This document shows positions 39,250 to 53,269 of a stretch of 64,000 nt of DNA, in pieces (positions within the stretch are counted from its first letter, which is position 1; each line of letters starts with the position of its first letter). Location: assembly GCA_951406725.2 (NCBI GenBank), contig OX597815.1, positions 123,256,001 to 123,320,000 on the forward strand, given 5' to 3'. The position numbers and the translations under genes are program-made. Under the pieces are notes generated by a model. The model was not told where the DNA came from, made no database searches, and was given only the letters and a program-made list of their open reading frames with translations. Origin of the DNA: Octopus vulgaris. Taxonomy: Eukaryota.

Positions 39250-41350
39250 CACAGTGCTTACGTGTTGTAGGTTCCAGTTCAACTTGGTGCTTGCTAATTT
39301 TCTAGTTTGATCGTGCTAGTTGGTCGTTTAATTGAATTGCTGGATAAAATTCGTTAGAAGTTATTAAAAAGAATGATATAGACAATAGACTGAAAACAAA
39401 AAAAGCTTCGAAAAGGTTAGGTGGCCAAAAAATAATTTTGCCCATCTTAAGGAATAACAAATGTCACAAATAGCATTACGAATCATCTTCTAAAGATGTG
39501 TGTGTGACTGAGAGAGTATACATGGTCTTCCCCTTTTATAACAAATTTTTATGAAAAATGATCTAAAGTTGCATATGTTTGAGTATTACTTTAAAAAATA
39601 AATCGTTAATCAAAGTAAACAACGGAGACCAAAATTTGGTAACACGACCTTAGAATCGTTTACCACTTCAATTTACCTGAAATATTTCGTTGCCAAAAAT
39701 TACGAAATGAACAGTGCACTGAGTTACTTTAAGTATTTAGAACAACTTCAAAAATCGACGATGATAGTTCCATCCTCTTATTTATGATTCAAATAAGCGC
39801 GTTTGTCTTGACAATTTTTAAGCAAGCTTGCCGAGGTATCAAAAACTAAGTTCTCACTTGCAACTTTTCATAATGTTAACTTTGAATATTGAAATGCTAA
39901 GATTAAACACCTTAATATTTACGTTTCTTTTTAGATCAGAATATTACCTAAAACGTGTTAATGTCTCCCGATTCGGTAAATTTTTACCACCTCACCCCCA
40001 CGCTAAAGTTTACCGCTAAAGTTTATATTTTTCATATTAAGTAGGTGTTAATAGTTGGACATCATTGGATGTATGTCTTTAAATATTGATTATTAAACAA
40101 AACGGTAAAAATTTACCAACAAAACTAACCCAAAACGATTACATATACACGAGCCAACGTAAGAGCTTATACGTGTTCGCTCGACCCACAATATACAACA
40201 AAATCTATCAAATTATAGTTACCGTCTTCAAAGGGAAAAAGAAATGAATGCTTCTGGATACACTGTGCTTGAGAAAGGGGCAGGATGATCACAGCTGAAA
40301 CGCTTTCGCGCATAAGTTTGCATGATCAGAGCTTTTCTTAAGTTAATTAGAAACGAAGATTTAAGAGAACTTGTTATATCAACACATTCAAGAACAAAAT
40401 ATTACCAAATAGTCTATAAAGCAGTTCCCTACACACAGTATCTGATGTCTGTTTACTGTTTAAAATTACTAACGTAAATGAAGAAATTGAAATACTATAT
40501 AAGATGAGAAAATAAAAGTAGAAGAGATTGTTTGTAGATAGGCAACATCAGCAGTGGAATTATATATAGAAAACTATGATCATTCTATGGCAAAGGAGAA
40601 ACGTTTAGCACACGGATGAAACACAGTGATATTTCATATAATCGATTAATTTCATAATTAATAATAAAGTTTAAAATTAAAAATATTGATGCCACTTACA
40701 ATGTGAAACGTGATAAAACTATGCAAGCAGAGCTAGCATACTGGTTTACGAAACTAAGGTTTTGTTTTAGCTTTGTAAGAAACCAAACAAATTTACGAAA
40801 ATGCTTCGTCTTTGCGACGAACACGTAGAGAGGGGTCGAGCCAACGACAGAGCTTCTACAGCTACGTGGGCGATCAGCCTCGTAGAAATAACCGCCAATT
40901 TATACTAGTTTTAAAAAACGACACGTCAGGACAATCTTTCTTTTTAAGGATATATATAAATGCTGTATTAAAAAATTAAGTCAGGAATGTACAAAAATAA
41001 ACTTGGCTATCCTGGGTAAACGAAACGAATAATTTACTTTAACGTAAACAACTGGAATGCTTTTAATTATGGTATGACGGCAAGAATAATATCGCTGCTT
41101 CTACTTCATATTCACTTTTAGTCATGTCTGTTCGCTCAGCAATTACCTGAGGATTAATGATAATCTAGAGAATTGATCTGGGCGATCCTTCGTTATTAGT
41201 ATACAGAGTTGCGGTGTGAGAAGACGTCATTCACTCTCTTTTACAGCCTAGTCTCTTTATCTATGTCATGGGGGCAAGATGTTAGGGTGAATGATATTGT
41301 TATCCGCCGAGGTCGACTTTGCCTTCCATCCTTTCGGGGTCGATAAATTA
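39250..41350. promoter_or_regulatory. CpG-retaining region, probable DBR1 promoter / non-coding first exon
   Basis: CG dinucleotides are visibly far more frequent than in flanking gene bodies. A candidate minus-strand donor CAG|gtaaat at 39677/39676 could splice to the DBR1 acceptor at 34889. Confidence 0.55.
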
Positions 41351-41451
41351 AGTACCAGTTACGCACTGGTGTCGATGTAATCGACTTAATACCTATGTCT
41401 GTCCTTGTTTGTCCCCTCTGTGTTTAGCCCCTTGTGGGTAATAAAGAAATA
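41303..41451 (+). mobile_element. 5'-truncated SINE (family A), CpG-intact, 10-bp TSD
   Basis: GATATTGTTA at 41293-41302 and 41452-41461; same core and tail as the 59952 copy. Confidence 0.85.
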
Positions 41452-41559
41452 GATATTGTTAACCAATACTGAAAGATTGCCAGTTAGATCAGAAATTGAC
41501 AAGAAGCGCCAATTCTGAAGGTAAATTTTCAGAGTGTGTGTGCATGTGTGTATGTGCAT

Positions 41560-42100
41560 GCACATGTACAGCTGCAACACTGTCCCAGATGTAGGAGCAA
41601 TACTCTTTTATGCATCTAACCTGAGCTTTGTAGAATATCTGCAGTTGTTGGGGACTGAAGTCTTTCCTAGCTCTGAAGAGAAGAGCCAGTTGTTGAGATG
41701 TCCTAGCTTTATTAAAGATATGCTTTCACCAGTAGAGATCTTTGGAAATAGTGAGGCCTAGCATTTGGAATAAACATAAGGGCTCTATTTGTATTATGCT
41801 TGTGTTTAAAGTGGTTCAATGTTTGGAGGATGCTTTCAAGGTGTCTGTTTATGTAGTAAATGCATGTTTCGCATGTGGTATCAGGCTTGCATGTGGATGA
41901 CACATGGTTGGAAATATTAGGGAATAATAAAGGGTAGTATCATCTGCAGAAGAGTGAATAATGTTGCATGTGACAACAAGGCCATTCATAGATAGAAAAA
42001 GATAGCATGAGAGAAAACAAAACCCTGGTGAATATTTTAACTTACTCACTACAGAATAAGTTGGAAGTGCTATGAAGCATTGCAAACACATCGACAATTC
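41560..42100 (-). mobile_element. Decayed non-LTR retrotransposon RT fragment (CR1/L2/Jockey-like)
   Basis: ORF 41849-42097 LFLSMNGL...NIIHSSADDTTLY resembles LFINDL...IHSYADDxTL. Confidence 0.65.
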
Positions 42101-44200
42101 TAGGACATTTCAAGAATTGTGTTGGCATCATTTCAGTTTTCAAGTTCCAGTGATGTATCTTATCACATAACAACAACAAGTCCTATTATCATTTTTGTCT
42201 GACACCTATAAATAAGTTTATTGGTCCATAACATATCCTTGTATTTATTCTTGCTTATAAATTGATTGATCAACAAAAAGCATAAGTTTTTGTTGATGAT
42301 TTGTTCTCCTACTGTTGTATGGAACAAGCTGAATTAATATGATATCTATATGTCCATGCATGCATATTTCCACATCAACTGACACTGTGTGTTTGGGGTA
42401 TGCAAAATCCTTGCTTGGAAAACGTTTCAAGATTCAGTTAATATCTTCATCAGCAAAACAGTGTACCTTTTCCTTCCTTGTAAAATGCATAAGAAATAGT
42501 CTTTTACTCTTGCATCTGAAGGGTCTTCACATTTTTATTTGTTTGAAGTTTGTTAACATAGTGAATAACCTTTATACTGATATGACTCTCATATTCATCA
42601 AGTATTAATTGCTCCTTTTTTTCCCCAGTTAGTGTATGCCACAGAATGCTTCATGAAAATAGGAAATTTTTCTGCTGACCACCACCCAAAATAATGTGCT
42701 ACTCCAAGGTAACACAGATCATGTTCCCTACTGCACTAATTACACAGCAAATAGTCACTAATTATTCTTGCTCTGCCAATACTTTGGCTGAAGCTTTTTA
42801 TCCCTCTTTTCAGCAGCTACTTTTCCTGACATTTGCACATTTATACATCCAACTTTTATTAAAACTCTATAGGTGGACAACACATATCTGGAGAACCTGT
42901 GTTTACATGTTTATAGTTATTGAAAAAGATGGTCACCTTATGATGATTGAAGCTGGTTTTTATAATCCAGGAATGATACCTTAGGTGTCCCCCATGAAAT
43001 GTTATGTTTCTTAAGAGAATTATGCAACCACTCTTTGCTTGCATTTTCATTCTCCTTTCAAGACTAGGGAGAATTGACTCATATGCACAAACGTTTTGAA
43101 ATGAACTGTTACATAATAACCCTTACCAGCATAAGGGCTATTACATGTACTGGTGTACTTGTGATAGTGGTGTTAGTTGAAACATGTTCTCACTAACTCC
43201 ATGCAATAATGACCTCAACATATGCAGTGTGCACAACATAAACTGGAACAGGCAAATTATTTGCCACCTGCTTCCAGTTTTTTTATTTAAAAAAATCAAC
43301 ACAAACATGTTCATTCCTTTCTACTAAACAAACTGAATAATTTCAACAAGTGAAAATACAGAAACCTTTCTGTATGCTTGAAAATCTTCTGCATCAGCTT
43401 GATACCAATATGGTTGAAAAATAGTACAGGAGGCTCTCACATGATGGAATCATATTGTTCTTCAGATTCCTTGTTTCTATTCATAAAAGTTTCAATGCAT
43501 TCCATGTTCCAACCAAATTTTTTGTGTTGTATTTACTTTTATATGAACTGTTATTGAGAGTTGCTTACAATTACTGTTAAGTTTACAGAGCTTTTTTTTT
43601 TTTAATTAAGAGGAAAAGTTTAACTGGTTGTGAATTTTTAAATTGATAAATAATATATTAATGTTTGACAGAACATACCTTTCAGAAAAGGTATACATGA
43701 CATATGTATTGTTTTAGCACCCACAAAAAGAAATACAACTATTTTATTGAAGTTTAACACCAGAATGATGTTTAAACAGGACAACAATAAGCTGTGAATG
43801 TGTTACCACATTAAAAACGAAAAGGAATGTTGGATGAATGAGAAGATAAGGTGTTCATTTTTGTTTCATCATTTTCTTTGTTAAAAGCTTGTATTGGACA
43901 TGATGGCCCAATATGGAACAACTGAGTAACACTGGAAAATTCAGCTCATTATAGTAGTATGTTCATTTATATGAAAGCAAGAATATTTCTGTGTAAGTGG
44001 TGAGAATGTTAGTGTTAATGCACACAGCTTTCGACAGTTCATCATTTTGACAGCAGCAAATGTTGAGACTCTATTTTAAATACAAAACTTTTGCCTGATG
44101 TTACGCTTTGCTGCTCACATTGCTTAGATCCTGACTTTTACATTAGATGTAGTGAAGTTCATAAGTGTGCAGCTGGGAAGGCAAGCAGTGTGAAGTGCAT

Positions 44201-44402
44201 GTGTGTGGATGTAGGTATAGAATAAAGTTGATGAAGTTTGTGTGTGAATGTAGGTATAGAATAAAGTTGATGAAGTTTGTGTGTGGATGTAGGTATAGAA
44301 TAAAGTTGATGAAGTTTGTGTGTGGATGTAGGTATAGAATAAAGTTGATGAAGTTTGTGTGTGGATGTAGGTATAGAATAAAGTTGATGAAGTTTGTGTG
44401 TG
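44201..44402 (+). repeat. 39-bp minisatellite, 5 near-identical copies
   Basis: Unit GTGTGTGGATGTAGGTATAGAATAAAGTTGATGAAGTTT starting at 44201, 44240, 44279, 44318 and 44357; one substitution seen. Confidence 0.97.
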
Positions 44403-44699
44403 TATGTGTATGCATGGTGTGTTGGGTGTAAGGGATGTTTTAGAGGAAAGTAAGTCAGTTGTCCATATTGCAGGGAGACTTGGACTAATCCTGTACTATA
44501 CCAAGCTGCATGTTTTCTTTTACACCTAATAAACAGTATCTAACAACACCAATTGCTTCACCAATCTCAGCCAACTCTCACAGGATGCCCAGGGCAATTA
44601 AAAATTCTTGATATACTCATCAGCTTGTGTTGATACTCTGTGAATGACTGAGACTTTGATTTCAAGAATCATTTTAGGTATCTCTTGATCAGAAATTGC

Positions 44700-45600
44700 T
44701 TGCAGTTTGCCACCTTCAGCACCAACATAGCAACATCATCAAACTGACATGGACAGCACTATGGTAATATGACAGTGGAACCTCTACAAGACTCGAACAC
44801 TTTGGTATTCTTTGCTCCTCTTCACCTCATATTCTTCATTAAATCACACATCCCCTACAAATGATTCCTCCACCTTCACCATCTTTATAATTGAAATTTT
44901 GGTGTTGATCCACTTCTTTGTGTGACAAGGTCACTGCCAACCAACCATGAATGTTACTCATTCTCACTGATTGCACTCCCACCTATACTTTCATCAACCG
45001 TTTTCCATTCCTTCACATCTTAAATACTATCACTGACTTCTCCAGTGCACCCTACAATAGTTCTGAGTCCATATTTTTTTGAACACTCTCTACCTTTCAC
45101 TAGATACAACTATAATTCAGGTAACCCTCTGCCTCCCCACTTACCACACATAACATAGGTGTTTTATTTACTCTCATTGTAACACCTGTCCCTTCATCTA
45201 CAAAAACCCCACCTCATACAGACATAAGTCCTGTTCCCATATCATAGATTACTTCACCTGCACATTCAAAATGTTATCTACTGCAATAATGCGAACTCAG
45301 TGACTTACTGTAATACATAAGAGAAACTAGCATATTATATATTTCCTGCATGTCTGACATCAAATCTTTCTACATCCATACAAACTTATATTACTTCACA
45401 TTTAATTATGTTTCCCCCTTCTATGCTTGGCCCACTCATTTCCTTTACTAATTCTTATTCTTCTTTACTATAAAAACAACTTTACTAATTCTTGTCTACC
45501 AGTCAGTATGTTACTTGACTTATGATTGTTTTTAGTCCTATTTTTATTTCCCATTCTCCTGTCTTGACAAAGGAACACTGTCTGAAACATCAACCTAGCC
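44700..45600 (+). mobile_element. Decayed Penelope-like element remnant
   Basis: TTCACCTGCACA...AATGTTATCTACTGC near 45253-45285 reads FTCT..NVIYC, typical of the PLE GIY-YIG region; otherwise unalignable by eye. Confidence 0.45.
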
Positions 45601-46535
45601 TTCTTTCTTTACCTCCATAGCATTAAGTTCACTGATCTTGAATATTGCTTGCTGTTCTTTTGCAATATATCTGTTTATTTTTTTCTAGATATTAATTAAT
45701 TATTTGAATTTTAAGGTGTGTAGTAGGCAAATGTCTGTTACTTCTCATTTTCTTTTTCGTTTTATCTATTCTGCTCGTTTCACTCCTACTTCTTTCTTCT
45801 CTCTTTTATTCTATCCTTTTAATTTTTCACATTTTATTTTAATGTTTTATCCCTTTCTGTCTTTCTCTGTGTTCTTCTTTTCATTGTTACCTTATTATAA
45901 TTTACCTTGTCAATAGTTGAATTTAAATTGAGCTTTAAATCTTACACTCTGGGAGCACACACACACACACACAGCTATTTGTTCATCTTGTATTTTATTG
46001 AATTAATATTCCAATCAATGATTAGAATTATTTACATAGTTGAATCTAGATTTTAAAATTAAATGAAAGACCACTTCAAATATTTCACTTTATGTCACTG
46101 ACTTTCTTAAATTAAAGTTTTGTTTAATCAAAACTCTGTTTTCTCCTGAGCCATCAAGTCAACACTGTTACACTTTGACAGCACATATCAACCCTAAGCA
46201 TTTAAATAAATGATTCTAAGAATTTACTTTGTGATGATTCACATCAGTTTACCAGGTAAAGCCTGTTTCTCAGACATAATTGGTATTATTGATGATTTAT
46301 TCCAAGATTATTTGCATCCCTAAATAAAATTTGTGTTATTGGAAATTGGCTACACAGTTGATATATTAACACTTTTGTCTGACACATGAAGGACAATAAT
46401 TTAGAAAGATCTTGTTAACTTTTTTTTTATAGGAGAAATAATACCACTTGAAATATTAAATGACAAATCCCAAAGCTAATTCAAGCTGTCAATTCAATCA
46501 ACCATAATATATTGAGAATCACTGAATAAACTTGA

Positions 46536-47430
46536 ATCCTTTAGCATTTAAACCAGCCATGTCCAGCCCAAATATTCTACCTGTTTTATTTTCAAACTGA
46601 CCAGGTTTGGTCTCTCACACCTAACCTACAATGTCATTCTCAAAATATATAATCATATCATTGATGTCACAAAGCTACGCGATAATACATGATTAATTTA
46701 AATAATTGTGAATAAATAAGCATTGCATTTGACAGTAATCTGAATGTTGAGGGATTAATGAAGTCTGTAGATGTGGCACTTTTACGTGGGCTTTTATGTG
46801 GCACTGCCATGAGTGCTTTACACCACCAGCAGGATCAGTCTTAACACTTCTGCTGCAGAGTACAGGTCTTTTTGAATATGGCCAGATGCCAGGTATCTTG
46901 GTCCTTTGTCATTTTGCCTGAAAAGGTCAGCTTCCGGAGGTCATTCATCACTACTTCATCCCATGTCTTCCTGGATCTCCCACTTTGAGAGATCAGCACT
47001 TCTTTATGGAGCTGTCAGCATCCATCCATATAACTTGACCAGACCAGCACAGTCATTTCTCTTGCACACAGCAACCAAGTCCTCTTATGCCTAACTCCTC
47101 TCTCAAAACACTGGTACTCTGTCAAACATGTACACTTACATTACACATCCAGTGAAGCATACTAGCCTCATTCCTTTCTAACCTTCATATGTCCTCTGCA
47201 TTCGGGGGCCCATCTCTCACTACCATGTAGAATTATTGTCTGTATACATGCACATTGTTTTGAATTAATCATGCATTATCTCATAGCTTCATGATCTCAG
47301 TAATATGATTGTTTATTTTTAGAATGACACTGTATAATAGGTTTAAGAGGTTGAATCTGGCTGGTTTGAACATAAACAAGGTAGAATATTTATGGTTGAA
47401 TATAGCCAGTTTAAATTCCAAAATGTTAAA
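46536..47430. repeat. Two inverted copies of a ~200-bp non-coding repeat (46536-46757 and 47251-47430)
   Basis: AATATTCTACC / GGTAGAATATT, GTCATTCT / AGAATGAC and CATGATTAATT / AATTAATCATG are reverse-complement blocks in mirrored order. Confidence 0.75.
46770..47235 (-). mobile_element. RTE-type LINE 3' fragment
   Basis: Reverse complement resembles 36230-36400 (RKTWDEVV motif) and carries the GTGCC..TAAAAG motif. Confidence 0.65.
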
Positions 47431-48520
47431 GTTATCTAGCATAGAGCATCTGCCCTCAACAGGGCATCTTTCTCCATCATTTAGAAAACTTCTGAAGATT
47501 ATACATTTTCATGACTTCAGATATACGAAAGAAAAGCCATTCTACCAAATTTCCAACATGAAATACAATGTTACAAGTAGTAAATTCTAAATTTGCAAAA
47601 GAAACAGCAAAATGGAATATCAATGGGCATGTCAATCAATTTATAAATATTTTATCAAACATAAAAACAGGAGAATTCAATGCAGTCATATATTACATTT
47701 GTAAAGTGTTGACAAATTTATGAAAGACATAAAACCAAACACATTTTGAAAGATAAGGCTTTTAATATTGATATATGCAATATAAATTCCAATATTGTTT
47801 AATGGAGCATTATAAACATGTAATTTATAGCTATCTTTTAGTCTATAGGTACACACACAATCATAACATATATATATATATATATATTTATGCATGCACA
47901 TAAGTATATATATATATATACATACACACACATGCATATCTATATGTATTTATATGTCATACATATCTATATGTATTTACATGTTATATATATATGTTTT
48001 TATATGTCATAGATATACACACACACACACTTACACATACATATATGCATAGATCTACTTTCTTACTATTGGTACAAGGCGTGAAAGTTTGGTGGAGGGG
48101 TATATAATTGATTACATCAACCTCATTGCTCAACTGGTACTTGTTTAATTGTCCCTGAAAATATGCAAAGTAAATTTGACCTCAGTGCAATTTGAACTCA
48201 GAATATAAAGATAGATGAAATATCATTCGGCATTTTGTTCAGTGTGCTAACAAATCTGCCAGCTTGCTACCTTACATATATTATACATATCATCATCATT
48301 TTAATGTCTAATTTTCAATATATATGCATGTATGTATTTTTGTATGTATGTATGTATACATACATGCATGTGTGTGTGTGTGTGTGTGTGTGTGTCTGAA
48401 GTATATGTATATGAGTAGCATATTTATGGTGTCATCTGACTTCCAACTGACCACCCCACTTGACAGAATAAAATATACCCTATAATTTTATTTTTCTATT
48501 TTGACATACTTCCGTCATTC

Positions 48521-48559
<39 letters not shown>

Positions 48560-49636
48560 GAAATGAGTTGCAACGTCACTGGTGCCAAGCTGTATCAACC
48601 TTTGCCTTTTCTTTGGATAACATTGGTGGCACAGAGAGGGAAGGCTGGTATGCATGGGCAACTGCTGGTCTTCCATAAACAAACTTGTCTGGACTTGTTC
48701 CTCAGAGGGTAACTTTCTAGGTGCAACCCCACTGTCATTCATGACTGAAGGGGGTCCACTTATGTATGTATGTGTGTGTGTGTGTGTATATACACATGAA
48801 TATGTGTATGTGTTTGCAGTTTTATAATACTCCTAACATCCTTACCAACACACAAACATGAACTAAGTATTAAATGAACTTTGATACCAAATAAAGAATC
48901 TTTTGAAAGCTGCTTTTAAGCAAGAAACTCAAAATAGAGTCATGGTTTGTAAACCCCTAATGAAATTTTTTCCTCAAACATCTAATTATTAAAGTGGAAA
49001 AATTATCAGAAAAGCCATTCCCATTCATTTTTTCAAATATATAATACTGTGCCAAAGTCATTCTATTTCTAATTCTAATGTGGACAGTTGCATAAAGAAG
49101 TGCTGATCACTTAAAGTGGATGGAACTTGCGGAAGAGAATGACATGGAATGGGGTATTAAAGGTTGATCTCAAGATGCTGAGCCTTATGAAAGATATGAC
49201 AAAGGACCGAGATATCCCATAATCACCCCTCACATTCCATACCCTAACACCCATCACAGAATAGATACATACTACATATCCTAGTTTTCTGAGTTATCTC
49301 TCTTCCCTCTACCTAAGACTACTTCCATTTCTCCAATGTCTTCCCTCATCTACTATCTTCACCAATCACCTCCTTCCTGTGCCTTCTCTCATTAAGCGAG
49401 GTGTTAATGATGTCCTCCATCATCAATCTCTCGTTTACCTGCAATCACCCACAGTGCCCTCACGTATTTGCCACAACGTCTGCCCCTGAGCCTCTCCTAT
49501 ATTCCTCTTCATCATTTGTTTGGTTACCTCAATCTTGCCCACTCATCCAGTCCAAGCCTCTGTACCACTTCACCTATTCTCATCACCACCAAAGTCCCTC
49601 AAGGGCATGTCCCAACACATTTTCACCATTGACTCT

Positions 49637-49677
<41 letters not shown>

Positions 49678-49829
49678 ACTATTCTCTTTATCTTACTCTC
49701 TAACTCCTTTTTTTTCCAACTGGTGTACCCATGTATCTACTCTGCAGCAAGACACCTGTATCTGTCCTTCTATAACTTTAATCTTTCTAACTAGCACAAA
49801 GCTGCATACCTCAATACCACTCCCCACTT

Positions 49830-50130
49830 CCAGTTGAGGGGGTTTTGTACTTGATGACCCTGTCAGTGCTGGTGCTATGTGAAAAGCACTCTGATGGTGT
49901 TACGTAAAAAGCACTGGTGCTGGTGCCACTTAAAAATACTAGTGCAGCATAAAAATCAGCCACTGCACTCCATAAAGTGGTTGGCGTTAGGAAGGCATCC
50001 AGCCATAGAAACCATGCCAAAACAGACAATGAAACCTGGTGCAGCTCCTGGCCTTGCCAGCTCCTATCAAATGATGCAACCCATGCCAGCATGGAAAACA
50101 GATATTAAATGATGATGATGATGATGATGA
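49830..50130 (+). mobile_element. RTE 3' UTR / derived short repeat with (GAT)n tail
   Basis: Shares gtggttggcgttaggaagggcatccagc and aacccatgccagcatggaaa with 36810-36950. Related copies at about 660-845, 54745-54850 and 63460-63620. Confidence 0.75.
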
Positions 50131-50306
50131 CTTATATATATATATGTAAAAATAAGGATAGACACAAGTTGATATTAAAGTTCCTATGTGCATTTCACCA
50201 TTATAGTTATTTGTAGCCTGGTGATAGCTGTTCCAATTGCATATAGGTCAACCACAATGGATCCTCAAGGAACACTTTATTATACCAAGTTTCAGATGGT
50301 AGATGG

Positions 50307-50343
<37 letters not shown>

Positions 50344-50689
50344 AGTAAGCATATAAGTACAAAACCAGGTGGTAAATTTAGCACTTAAATACCAAAAGTA
50401 AAGTAAAATACTATTTTATTAAAGCTGAAAAACTTAGGTCATTGTAAAAGTATGCTTGCCATCTCATTCTCCTGATGAAATCTTCAGTTTTCTCTATAAG
50501 ATCTTTAAAGTACAGTTTATTTAATGGAACTGAAATGCTATTTTATTGAAAGATTCAGCAGGTATAGTTTCATTTCCAGCTGTTTTTTCCCCCTTTTGTG
50601 GAGAGTCACTCGAACTAACAAAAGCTGCAATATATACACAGATATATATATACACACATATATATACATACACACATATATTTACATAC

Positions 50690-50870
50690 ACAGGGCCTAC
50701 CTTGTTGAGATTTTTCCAAACAGGTGTATTGGACACCTGTTTCAGAAGAATACCCTTCACATTCACTGGACCTCTCATCACCTGACATTTTTTTATTGGG
50801 TGGGGGAATACTTGAAAGATAAAGTTTGTGGTACAAAAGTGGCATCAGTTGATGGACTGAAGGAAGTCCA
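50690..50870 (+). mobile_element. Tc1/mariner transposase C-terminal remnant
   Basis: LTFFYWVGEYLKDKVCGTK...LKE resembles SPDLTPxDFFLWGYLKDKVY. Confidence 0.55.
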
Positions 50871-52442
50871 CATATATATGACACACACACACACATATAT
50901 ATGTGTGTGTGTGTGTGTATGTATGTTTGTACGTATACATACACACATATAAAGTATATATTAATAATGGTTTCAAATGTTGGCACAAGGTCAGCAATTT
51001 TAGGAGAACATGTTAGTCAATTAAATCAACCCCAGTGATCAACTGGTATTAATTTTATCGACCCTGAAAGGATGAAAGGCAAAGTTGACCTGTGTGGAAT
51101 TTGAACTCAGGACATAAAGGTGAACAAAATGCTGCTAAGCATTTTGCCTAAGGGTCTTACATTTCTGCCAACTTGCCACCTAAATGAATATATTAATAAT
51201 AATTGGTAAATAAATCAGAAGATGGGGGTATATTCTCTCCAATGCAAGACAACAACCACTTCTAACATATTTTCTGTCATTACTAATATATCTAACTGTA
51301 GACTTAGAAAAACTTTATTCATATATATGATATATGTATACACACACACTCACACACACACACACAAACATTCACATACCTCCCTTTTACATGCACGCAC
51401 ATATACTCACACAGAGATGAAATGTTGATTTTTTTTCACCCCTTCCTTCCTTATTCATCTATCACGCCTTCCCTTTTCCATTGCTATTACTTTCTTTCAC
51501 TCACTCTCAGTCAGGGCTATTACTCTCACTACTTCTCCTTCACTGAATTACTCTCTCCTCTCCATTTATACTAGTCTTTCTCCTACTCCACCCTACTCCT
51601 ACTCTGTGATTTTGGACAAATATATATATATATATATATATATATGCATTCAAATATATCAAAACACTATGCTCATTATTATATTAGGAGATGACACAAG
51701 TATAAACAGGCAAACAACAGATATGAGGTTAGATTATGACATTTATATATCTAAACATGAGGGTTGAGTCATTACATGAGTACAGATCATATGAAGGAAG
51801 GAAGTAAGAAGTGTGCAGATAGTTTCTGAAAGCTGTTTCAAGAGTTGATCTGCAGATGGTGCTTTATTCTGCAAACAATCAACAGTCAACCTTATAGTAG
51901 CAATCTATTCCATCATCAGAGGGAGAATGAGCAGAATTCTATATTACTTGGGTGTGTGTTTGTGTGTGTGTGTGTGTGTGTATAATATACACACACAGAC
52001 ACATGCAACTGTACACACATATACATACACATATACATATATTGCTAAATGTCTTATTAGATATGTAGACAGATATGCTATAAATTTTAATAAACAGAAA
52101 TATTAAGGGAAAAGAGGACTTGCATATAGTAAAATATATGTTTGGAATATATATATTATTTATACAATACTATATTATAGACTTATTTCAGTTGCTTTTA
52201 CCATTCAGTTTCAAATATAAGAATTGGAGAACTATGTGTGTGTGTGTGTGTGCACATGTGCATGCATGTATGTGTGTGTGTATGTGAATATATATATGTA
52301 TATGTTTGCATGCATGTACGTATTATATATTGTGTATCAAAACACATCTAGCTTTGTGGTCAATGTACACGTTTGCCATGCAAGTATTAAAACAGATAAT
52401 ACATATTTAAGATGTCTTGGTTAATTGTTTGATAGTGAAACT

Positions 52443-52638
52443 TTAACTGCTATTATTAAATGGATTTGGTCTCAAATTTGACAGTTTATTGCTGTTGGTG
52501 CAATGATTGACACTATGTACGTGCCTCTTGGTGTATGTATGGAAGAAAATAATATTGATACATATTTGGATTTTGCATTCTGTTCTTTTCTGAAGTTCTT
52601 GAATATATAGTGTTGTCAGCATCAGATAACATTGGTTT
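52443..52638 (-). CDS. Orphan secreted glycoprotein, probable last exon (reading frame unresolved)
   Basis: Strong acceptor tttttattttttacag at 52639/52638. Stops at 52622, 52513 or 52443 depending on entry phase. AATAAA on minus strand at 52490-52485. Confidence 0.4.
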
Positions 52639-52680
52639 CTGTAAAAAATAAAAATAAAAACAGAATATTATAACCTTTAA

Positions 52681-52698
52681 ACACACACACACACACAC

Positions 52699-52733
<35 letters not shown>

Positions 52734-53020
52734 TGTATGTATGTATGTATGTATGTATGTATGTATGTATGTATGTATGTATGTAGGTATGTGTGTAGGT
52801 ATGGGTGTATGTATGGATGCATGTATGTATGGATGCATGTATGTATGGATGCATGTATGTATGTGTGGGTGTATGTATGTATGGGTGTATGTATGGGTGT
52901 ATGTATGTATGAGTGTATGTATGTATGTATGTATGTACGAGTATATGTATGTATGGGTGTATGTATGGATGTATGTGTAGACAGACAGACAGACAGATAG
53001 ATAGATTGATAGATCGATAA

Positions 53021-53107
<87 letters not shown>
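52681..53107 (+). repeat. Compound microsatellite (AC)n-(ATGT)n variants-(AGAC)n-(AGAT)n
   Basis: Directly visible; source of the spurious HTYI/YVCM/SIYL ORFs. Confidence 0.97.
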
Positions 53108-53269
53108 TGAATGACAAAAGAGAAGTTATGTCATCTTCATTGGATTACTGCTGTTTCAGCCACATGGAACTGTACACTCACAGTTGAATGCCACTATGAC
53201 ATCTTATAACCCTTAACATAAAATGTTAACACATTGCGATTGGGAAGAGAGTGTGTTAAAGAAAGCAAG

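Noticed and set aside
44143-44431. ORFs with 13-aa repeats on both strands
   Set aside because: By-product of a 39-bp (3n) minisatellite; no splice or homology support.
52513-53117. Several HTYI/YVCM/SIYL-repeat ORFs
   Set aside because: Translations of tetranucleotide microsatellites.
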